Below are positions 57,358 through 64,000 of a stretch of DNA of 64,000 bases, one piece after another. The notes below the pieces were generated by a model, which had not been told where the DNA came from, did not search any database, and saw only the letters and a program-made list of their open reading frames with translations. The stretch's first letter is position 1; every line of letters starts with the position of its first letter. Made by a program: the position numbers and the translations under genes. Location of the stretch: the NCBI GenBank assembly GCA_045047305.1, contig JASFYO010000003.1, forward strand, positions 32,001 through 96,000. The letters are read 5' to 3'. Source of the DNA: Planctomycetota bacterium (GTDB lineage: Bacteria; Planctomycetota; UBA1135).

Positions 57358-58215
57358 ATGCTCGCACTTCTCACTCTTACTTTTCTTTCTGCTCCACTGA
57401 ATCTCGAAACTTCTGTTTCTGAGGTGCCTGTACTGCATACCCAGGAACCAGAGTTGAAAGAGGCGTTTAAGCGTTTCGACAAAATTCTAAAAAGCAAAAC
57501 CAACGAGGGGGAAGCCATCAGCATGATGGATACTTTCGTTGGGCGTTACCGTACGGCTCAAGAGCGTATCGATAGTATTGATGACTCCATCTCTATTGAT
57601 GAGGGAGATAAGAAGCTCTTGTTGAAGGAACGCAAGGGGCTGCGCAAGGTGCAAAACTCCCTGGCGGAAACGGTTTATTCTTCGATGACCCATAAAGGGC
57701 GTAAAGCCATCACCGAACCGAATCTACAGTTGTTTCGTGCCGCCGCCTACAGCCTTGGACAAATGGGCTCGGTGGGTGCGCATTATTTATGGAAGGGTTT
57801 CGAAAATAAAAAGTTTAAGGACAACCCAGACTTTCGCGGTCTTTGCCTTGAGCAAATCGGCTATACCCATGCTTATGAAGAATTTACTGAAGAGTTGGTC
57901 GATCTTCTCGATCATCATGAGTACTTGTTCATTGCGAAGGCCAGTGAAGCCTTAGCGCAATTTAGTGGTGCGCCAGGCCGTTTACGCAGGGATGCAGTCG
58001 AACGCCTGACCCAGTTGTTGTCGCAAAACTGGGAAGCCACGATTAGCAATAAGACCGACGAAGAAGCGCAGAAAAAATACCGCAAAACGGGGCAACCGAT
58101 GCGCAATGCGCTCGAAGCTCTTACCGGCGTAAGCCAAAGTGACCCACAAGCTTGGACCACCTGGTGGAACAAGAACAAGAAGGACAAAGAGATTTGGTCC
58201 AACCACGAGGATTAA
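57358..58215 (+). CDS. Secreted HEAT-like repeat hypothetical protein
   Basis: Hydrophobic N-terminus; helical repeats; C-terminal ALEALTG...W..WW..N motif. Confidence 0.7.
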   Translation: MLALLTLTFLSAPLNLETSVSEVPVLHTQEPELKEAFKRFDKILKSKTNEGEAISMMDTFVGRYRTAQERIDSIDDSISIDEGDKKLLLKERKGLRKVQNSLAETVYSSMTHKGRKAITEPNLQLFRAAAYSLGQMGSVGAHYLWKGFENKKFKDNPDFRGLCLEQIGYTHAYEEFTEELVDLLDHHEYLFIAKASEALAQFSGAPGRLRRDAVERLTQLLSQNWEATISNKTDEEAQKKYRKTGQPMRNALEALTGVSQSDPQAWTTWWNKNKKDKEIWSNHED

Positions 58216-58823
58216 ACTCCACTGCGATTTGCTTTGCGGCGCTACTCAGTTCGGCACTTCTGCTGCCGGCTTGTGGGCGCGGTGAGGCCGGGGATCAAGC
58301 TTTAGGTCCGGCAGCAAATATCCATTTAGAGGGTCGACGCGCTTGGACCGGTGGCCAGGAAGGCGGCCCCTTTCTGCTGGTGGAGGAAATGAGTCAAGCA
58401 GCGCATGCCAGTGCGACCATTGGCGGTGAGGAAGAACTCTTTCGCTTCACTTTTTCGATACCAGCCGACACTCGGCTTCTGCGCGTCCAACTCATGGCCG
58501 ATGAACCAGGTCAGACGCTCGGCGAAGTCCTGGTCGACGGCATCGTATTTACACCTCTTGGGAATCCTCCGGAAGAGGTCGATGCACGCGCACGTCTGTA
58601 TTGGAATGGCGTCACTTCTGGCGTTCAGAAATACTTGTCCAAGTCCAGCCGAGCAACGCGAGCGACTTACTTAATCGCTGCACCTAGTGCGCCTGCGGTC
58701 GCTCCGGATGCCACACTGCAATGGCACCGCGGAGAGACTAGGATAGACCTTTCAGCACGTAACTGGAGTGAGCCGCAACGTCGCGCCTACCTGGATGCAC
58801 CTGCCGATTTTACCGATGAGTGA
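58194..58823 (+). CDS. Hypothetical lipoprotein (start uncertain)
   Basis: LLLPAC lipobox; TTG at 58194 is the nearest plausible start. Confidence 0.6.
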   Translation: MVQPRGLNSTAICFAALLSSALLLPACGRGEAGDQALGPAANIHLEGRRAWTGGQEGGPFLLVEEMSQAAHASATIGGEEELFRFTFSIPADTRLLRVQLMADEPGQTLGEVLVDGIVFTPLGNPPEEVDARARLYWNGVTSGVQKYLSKSSRATRATYLIAAPSAPAVAPDATLQWHRGETRIDLSARNWSEPQRRAYLDAPADFTDE

Positions 58824-60246
58824 TTCTCTCGAACCAATCCCCGATCAGGACCAGCAGCTCGCGCGTCAAACAGCGCCCCAAGCTGGATCACTTTTGCGTC
58901 TGCGCGATGTCCAAGCGTTAAATCGCTCCTTTCGACGGCTCGCAGAAGTCCAGGAAGCCCTGCTTGACCGCTTGGAGACCCTGGAAGAGGAGAAGGCGAC
59001 ACAAGCAAAGATGAATGGGCCGTTGATGGCAATGGGCGGTGTGGTCATTGGATGTGGCTTGGCACTGCTGGCCTTTGTGATGTGGCAAGACAAAGCTGCT
59101 GAACAGCAACCTTTGTTGGTGCAACAAGAGCCGGCCGTGGTGAATGTGCCGCCCGCAGAAATCATCGTGCAGGGCCCGGATAACACCCAGTTGGTAGCAG
59201 CCTTCGATGCCATGAATGCCAACATGGAAAAGGTCATCGCAGCACAGGCGACTGATCGTCAGCAGTTGGGTGAGTTAACTCAGAAGTTGCTATTGTCGGA
59301 AGAGGAAAAGTTGAACTTGATGAAGGAGTTTGCGCTTGCCGAGGAACAGTATCGCACCGATTTGGTGAAGGCCTCGGAGGTGGAAACGGCCAAGTCCTTG
59401 CCACCAGTTGATCTGCAGTTGCCAGGTGAATCCCAACGTGCGGCGCCGGTTGGAGCGGTTGCGGAAGTGGTGGCTCCAGAAAAAACTTGGGTGAGCGTTA
59501 TCAATGGCCTGCTTGCTGCGGATGGCTACAGCGCGCTGCGGTTGCAAAAGGCTGCGCGGGTTGCCAATCAGGCGGCATTATCCGATGTCACCTGGATGTC
59601 CTGGAATCGCGAAGGCCTGGTCGATTCTATCATTCATGCGGATCGTCTCGAATTTGAGATGCATCGCATGAGTGGAAATCTAGTTTTGCGTTTCTTTGAT
59701 GGCGCGCGCACTTCCAATGGGTTGCGTACCTCCTTGCCGAAAGAAGGCTTGCGCTTAGATTTGGAGAGCCAAAACCTAGATGCTTGGGTGGAGCATTTCC
59801 CCGAACTGCGGGAAACCTCCTTGTCTGCAGTTGCTGAGAACGCTAATCCTGCAAATGCAGAGACTTCTTCGCCTCCGCCGGTCGACAACTTCTTGCGTGA
59901 TGCACGCAAGGTGCGGGTGGCTCTCGATGACCTCATTTCTCCCCGAGGTTCCTTCAGCTTCTATCGCTTGTCCTCGCTGGAATCGGTCGACGGTCGCCTG
60001 TTGCGTTTCGTGCAGATCAACTGGCACGATAACTCTGGCCGCTTGGTGAAAACCATCGAGGCAGACTCCCTTGAAGTTATTTTGCATAGCAACAATTCTG
60101 TGGAACTGCTGTTGCGTAACGGTGCCTTCCTTGATGGAACTAAGAAGAGCCCATTCTCTTCGGATCGGTTTAGCCTGCATCTTCCGCGTCAAGATATGGC
60201 TGCATGGCGTGCCTCCGGTGTGCCATACACTGAGGCTACAAGGTAA
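58816..60246 (+). CDS. Bitopic membrane coiled-coil hypothetical protein with duplicated C-terminal domain
   Basis: One TM helix, coiled coil, two similar repeats (GLVDSIIHADRLE...LRFFDG / GRLVKTIEADSLE...LLLRNG). Confidence 0.7.
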   Translation: MSDSLEPIPDQDQQLARQTAPQAGSLLRLRDVQALNRSFRRLAEVQEALLDRLETLEEEKATQAKMNGPLMAMGGVVIGCGLALLAFVMWQDKAAEQQPLLVQQEPAVVNVPPAEIIVQGPDNTQLVAAFDAMNANMEKVIAAQATDRQQLGELTQKLLLSEEEKLNLMKEFALAEEQYRTDLVKASEVETAKSLPPVDLQLPGESQRAAPVGAVAEVVAPEKTWVSVINGLLAADGYSALRLQKAARVANQAALSDVTWMSWNREGLVDSIIHADRLEFEMHRMSGNLVLRFFDGARTSNGLRTSLPKEGLRLDLESQNLDAWVEHFPELRETSLSAVAENANPANAETSSPPPVDNFLRDARKVRVALDDLISPRGSFSFYRLSSLESVDGRLLRFVQINWHDNSGRLVKTIEADSLEVILHSNNSVELLLRNGAFLDGTKKSPFSSDRFSLHLPRQDMAAWRASGVPYTEATR

Positions 60247-60249
60247 GTC

Positions 60250-61599
60250 ATGGTTGGCGCGCAGCGTGCGCCCGATGGCCGGCGCATCCTTAATGTAAGC
60301 GGTTTGCTCGAAGCCGGACGTTCCGTATTGGAGTCCGGGATCGGTTCTGTCTGGGTGGAAGCCGAGGTCTTTGAATATCGCGGAGCGCATCGTGGTAGTG
60401 GACACCGCTACTTCAAGTTGCGCGATGATCACGCCTCCTTGAGCGCCATTTTGTGGCGCGGTGTGGCGGAACGTGCTCTCACCTGCGAGTTGCGCGATGG
60501 CCAAAAGGTGTTGGTGCGCGGAAGTTTTGATATCTATGCCGCCCGCGGCACCTTGAGCTTCGTTTTAGATCATGTGGAAGACCGTGGTGCTGGGAATCTG
60601 GCGCAACGCTTTGAGATGATGAAACAGAAAATGCAGGCCGAGGGCTTGTTTGATACGGAGCGTAAATGCCCGCTTCCACAACGCACCCGGCAAGTGGTTT
60701 TGATTACTGGTGCAGGTTCTGCTGCAGAAGCAGATGTACTGCATGTCTTCGCTCAGCACCGCCATCCAGTGCAGGTTTTAGTGCGTCACGCACGCGTGCA
60801 AGGCGATGCTGCGGTTCCCGACTTGATTGCTGCTCTACAGGAGGCGCAGTCTATTCACCCAGATCTCATCATGCTCAGTCGTGGCGGTGGTTCCATGGAA
60901 GATCTTTGGGCCTTCAACGAAGAAGAGTTGGTTCGCGCCGTGGCCGCATGCAAAGTGCCAATTCTTTCTGCGGTCGGACATGAAGTCGATTTTACTCTCT
61001 GCGATTTCGTTGCGGATGAACGAGCCATCACCCCAACGGCAGGTGCCCAGCGCATCATCGCGCCTTGGCTAGCGGCCTTGGAGGATATGGCTTCCTTGGG
61101 CGCAAGACTAGGACGATGCGCGCGTCAGTTGACTGGGGGTGCTGTAACGTCCTTGCGCCATCAAGCCGATTTAGAAGGGGCTATGCGTCGGTTTTTACGT
61201 GAGAAGAAAACGGGGTTTGAGCAAGGTATGCAGCGTTTGTTAGCGCAACAACCTCAACAACGTCTGCAGCGGCAAGGATTGCGTTTGCATCATGTCGAAC
61301 AACGATTGCTTGCGGCTGTCGATGGCGGTTTGCATAAGAAGCAGGCGCGGTTGCAGCAAACAGCACGCGGATTGGCCGCTGCAAGTCCGGCCACTGCTAT
61401 ACGTTTGCGCCGTGCGGGCTTGGACAAGGCCTCGGCCAGGTTGGAAGCGGGAAACCCAGAAGGGCTTTTGCACCGCGGCTACGCTCTGATTAAGGCGGAA
61501 GGGCAAGACGGCTACTTGCGCGACCCTTCTGCGGCCCCCGAAGGTACCGCATTACGCATTCAAGTAGCCAAGGGCGAGTTACGGGCGCGGGTAGAATAG
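60250..61599 (+). CDS. xseA: Exodeoxyribonuclease VII large subunit
   Basis: VWVEAEV, SGHRYFKLRD, RGGGSMEDLWAFNEE, SAVGHEVDFTLCDFVAD.RA.TPTA, RGYA. Confidence 0.95.
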   Translation: MVGAQRAPDGRRILNVSGLLEAGRSVLESGIGSVWVEAEVFEYRGAHRGSGHRYFKLRDDHASLSAILWRGVAERALTCELRDGQKVLVRGSFDIYAARGTLSFVLDHVEDRGAGNLAQRFEMMKQKMQAEGLFDTERKCPLPQRTRQVVLITGAGSAAEADVLHVFAQHRHPVQVLVRHARVQGDAAVPDLIAALQEAQSIHPDLIMLSRGGGSMEDLWAFNEEELVRAVAACKVPILSAVGHEVDFTLCDFVADERAITPTAGAQRIIAPWLAALEDMASLGARLGRCARQLTGGAVTSLRHQADLEGAMRRFLREKKTGFEQGMQRLLAQQPQQRLQRQGLRLHHVEQRLLAAVDGGLHKKQARLQQTARGLAAASPATAIRLRRAGLDKASARLEAGNPEGLLHRGYALIKAEGQDGYLRDPSAAPEGTALRIQVAKGELRARVE

Positions 61600-61603
61600 A
61601 CGC

Positions 61604-61855
61604 GTGGCCGCTAAGAAGAAGAAACCTGGGTTCGAGCAGCAGCTCGAGAAATTAGAGGAACTCGTTGAGGGCCTTGAGAATGGAGACTTGGAACTCGAGG
61701 AAGGCGTTGAGCGTTATCGCGAGGGTGTCACCTTGCTAAAGAGCCTGAACCAAACCTTGGCGGGTGCCGAGCAAAAGGTAGAGGAGCTCACAGCAACGTT
61801 ACGTGCTGAGCTCCAGGAACTGGAACAAAATGGCGACGACCTTGACCTCGACTGA
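61604..61855 (+). CDS. xseB: Exodeoxyribonuclease VII small subunit
   Basis: FEQQLEKLEELVEGLENGDLELEE...Y.EG..L...L..AEQKV. Confidence 0.93.
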   Translation: MAAKKKKPGFEQQLEKLEELVEGLENGDLELEEGVERYREGVTLLKSLNQTLAGAEQKVEELTATLRAELQELEQNGDDLDLD

Positions 61856-62735
61856 TTCGAGTTTCCGCAATTGGCTAGCTGCGGTTGGCCCGGAAGTGGA
61901 AGCGGCTCTAGCTTCTGCCGTTTCCAGGGAGGCACTCGTAGAGAGCCCACTTCGCCTGCGCAATGCCATGGCACATGCGCTATTAGGTGGTGGCAAACGC
62001 ATTCGTCCCGCGCTTAGTCTGTTGGCCGCGGAAGCATGTGGCTCGGACCGTGCCCGCGCTTTGCCTGGTGCCGTAGCCTGCGAGATGATCCATGCCTATT
62101 CCTTGGTGCATGATGATTTGCCTTGCATGGATAACGACGTCCTGCGTCGCGGTAAGCCAACCACCCATGTTGAGTTTGGTGAAGCCACTGCTGTCCTCGC
62201 CGGCGACGCCCTGCAGGCACTCGCTTTTGCCACTCTGGCGCAGCAAAAGGATGCCGCCCTTGGCCTGCAGCAGGTCCAGCTTCTGGCCTATGCCGCAGGT
62301 GCTGCTGGCATGGTCGGAGGCCAGCAAATGGATATGGATGGTGAAGGGCAACAGCTTTCGCTCGAGGCTATTCTCGCTATGCATGCTGGCAAGACCGGCG
62401 CCCTGCTCGGTGCTTCCTTGTTGCTTGGTGTGGCTTCTGCCGGCGCCGACTTGGCCCCCTGGCGGCTTTATGCCGCTGCCGTTGGTCGCCTCTTCCAAAT
62501 CTCAGATGATGTCCTTGATGCCACGCGTAGCACCGAAGAGCTCGGCAAGACGGCGGGCAAGGACCTGGCCTCTGAGAAATCGACCGTGGTGGGGGCTTTG
62601 GGCTTGGATGGTGCGCGGCAGTTGATGGCCGCAGAAGTGCAGAATGCGCTTGCTGCCATGGATAAGATGCAGTTGGTCTGTCATCACCAAGAGCTTGCTG
62701 ACTTGCCTGTTTTCTTGGGCTCGCGCAGTGCTTAA
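61830..62735 (+). CDS. ispA: Polyprenyl (farnesyl) diphosphate synthase
   Basis: GGKRIRP, HAYSLVHDDLPCMDNDVLRRG, AGDAL, GGQ..D, KTG, FQISDDVLD. Confidence 0.93.
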   Translation: MATTLTSTDSSFRNWLAAVGPEVEAALASAVSREALVESPLRLRNAMAHALLGGGKRIRPALSLLAAEACGSDRARALPGAVACEMIHAYSLVHDDLPCMDNDVLRRGKPTTHVEFGEATAVLAGDALQALAFATLAQQKDAALGLQQVQLLAYAAGAAGMVGGQQMDMDGEGQQLSLEAILAMHAGKTGALLGASLLLGVASAGADLAPWRLYAAAVGRLFQISDDVLDATRSTEELGKTAGKDLASEKSTVVGALGLDGARQLMAAEVQNALAAMDKMQLVCHHQELADLPVFLGSRSA

Positions 62736-62778
62736 TCGCTGCTAGAATTCCCAAGGCTTCCTGCCGTCCTCCAAATCC

Positions 62779-64000
62779 ATGTCGCCCCTCCATCTTGCTC
62801 AGCTGCAATCGCCTGCGGAACTGAAAGGCCGCTCCACTGAAGAGTTGGAATCCTTGTGCGCCGAGATCCGTGCAGCCTTGGTGGAGAAGGTGCTGAAGAC
62901 CGGCGGGCACCTCGGGAGCAACCTTGGCGTGGTTGAGTTGACGGTGGCTTTGCATACCGTTTTTGACTTTCTCAAAGACCGCATCGTTTTCGACGTGAGT
63001 CACCAGTGCTATGTGCACAAAATGCTTACCGGACGCCTTGAAGGTTTCGATAACCTTCGCCGCACCGATGGCATGTCGGGTTTTATTTGCCGCAAGGAAT
63101 CTCCCTATGACCTTTTGACTGCCGGGCACGCAGGCACCGCGATTTCCTTTGCTTCCGGACTGGCAGAAGGACTCAAAGGAGTAGGCGGAGGCGAAGACGG
63201 TGGCGATCCTTGGTCGGTTGCTTTTGTTGGCGATTCCGGATTTGGCGCTGGGGTTAGCTTTGAGGGCTTAAACCAAGCAGCCGATCAAAATGCCCGTTTG
63301 TTGGTCATTTTGAATGACAACGAATGGTCCATCGCACGCTCCGTAGGTGCACTTGCGCGTTATCTCTCGCGCTTGCGTTCCTCACGCACCTTGCATCGCG
63401 GTTATGAACGGATAAAAACTTTGACTAAAAACCTTCCAGTGGTTGGCAGCCGCATGGAGGAGCTGGGAGAAGTCATTCGTCATGTATTGATCCCCGGTCA
63501 CGTCTTTGAAGAACTTGGTGTGAATTACATCGGTCCTTTAGATGGACATGATTTGGCTGGTTCCATCGAGGCGATTCAGCGCGCACGCCGCATCGAGGGC
63601 GTGACTTTATTGCACTTCCTGACCGAAAAAGGAAAGGGTTATGAGCCCGCGAGCAGTGACCCAGAACGTGCGCACGGTATTAGTCCACCTCCGTTTAAGG
63701 TTCCTGCGCCTAAGCTAGATCTTGCTGGGCAAGCAGCGGCGCCACGTAAGGCCTACACCAAATCCTTCGGTCAAATCCTGTGCAAGATTGCCGAGCGCGA
63801 TCAACGCGTACACGCGATTACCGCAGCGATGCCGTCTGGTACCGGTCTTTCCAGTTTCGCCGAAAAATTCCCAGAGCGCTTTCACGATACTGGTATCACT
63901 GAACAGCATGCTGTCGCGATGGCAGGGGGGCTAGCGACTACAGGCAAGCGGCCGGTGGTGGCGATTTACAGCACCTTCTTGCAGCGCGGCTACGACCAGG
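62779..64000 (+). CDS. dxs: 1-deoxy-D-xylulose-5-phosphate synthase (3'-truncated; absent from ORF track)
   Basis: Hand translation: MSPLHLAQLQSPAELK...GGHLGSNLGVVELTVALH...FDVSHQCYVHKMLTGR...AGHAGT...LNDNEWSI...AAMPSGTGL...DTGITEQHAV...YSTFLQRGYDQ. Confidence 0.95.
   Translation, partial: MSPLHLAQLQSPAELKGRSTEELESLCAEIRAALVEKVLKTGGHLGSNLGVVELTVALHTVFDFLKDRIVFDVSHQCYVHKMLTGRLEGFDNLRRTDGMSGFICRKESPYDLLTAGHAGTAISFASGLAEGLKGVGGGEDGGDPWSVAFVGDSGFGAGVSFEGLNQAADQNARLLVILNDNEWSIARSVGALARYLSRLRSSRTLHRGYERIKTLTKNLPVVGSRMEELGEVIRHVLIPGHVFEELGVNYIGPLDGHDLAGSIEAIQRARRIEGVTLLHFLTEKGKGYEPASSDPERAHGISPPPFKVPAPKLDLAGQAAAPRKAYTKSFGQILCKIAERDQRVHAITAAMPSGTGLSSFAEKFPERFHDTGITEQHAVAMAGGLATTGKRPVVAIYSTFLQRGYDQ

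Noticed and set aside
1..64000. CRISPR arrays, rRNA genes, IS elements
   Set aside because: No regularly spaced repeats, rRNA-like tracts or transposase motifs seen by eye; short or degenerate elements could have been missed

Overview
Gene-dense bacterial chromosomal segment, standard code 11. It is probably from an uncultured Planctomycetota-type lineage (inferred from gene content: FG-GAP/ASPIC-UnbV secreted proteins, DUF1573 lipoproteins, duplicated PilB-PilT-PilC, an HTH-acidic-TM protein, a TPPII-like peptidase). The housekeeping backbone includes rplM-rpsI, yebC, rsmA-dnaG-rpoD, tRNA-Glu, xerC, pabB-pabC and xseA-xseB-ispA-dxs. Main find: a tightly coupled 9-gene operon (3033-11312) joins tryptophan dioxygenase and kynurenine formamidase to a 2-aminophenol meta-cleavage route (amnB/A/C/D). 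It has no kynureninase, kynurenine monooxygenase or 3-hydroxyanthranilate dioxygenase; a luciferase-like monooxygenase and a class-3 asparaginase homolog sit in their place. The gene set fits a hypothetical route: kynurenine -> Baeyer-Villiger oxygenation -> beta-aspartyl-2-aminophenol -> L-aspartate + 2-aminophenol. Other finds: a hidden secreted thioredoxin-fold selenoprotein candidate (W-U-G-P-C with a downstream SECIS-like hairpin) split by the ORF caller; a 5.3-kb AT-richer insert between two 137-bp copies of the eboE 3' end next to tRNA-Glu; a DUF1573 triplet coupled to a type IV filament motor with MshEN-type ATPases; a degenerate GGDEF protein with an intact I-site; and a recurring leaderless-mRNA promoter signature. 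All calls come from motif reading without database searches.
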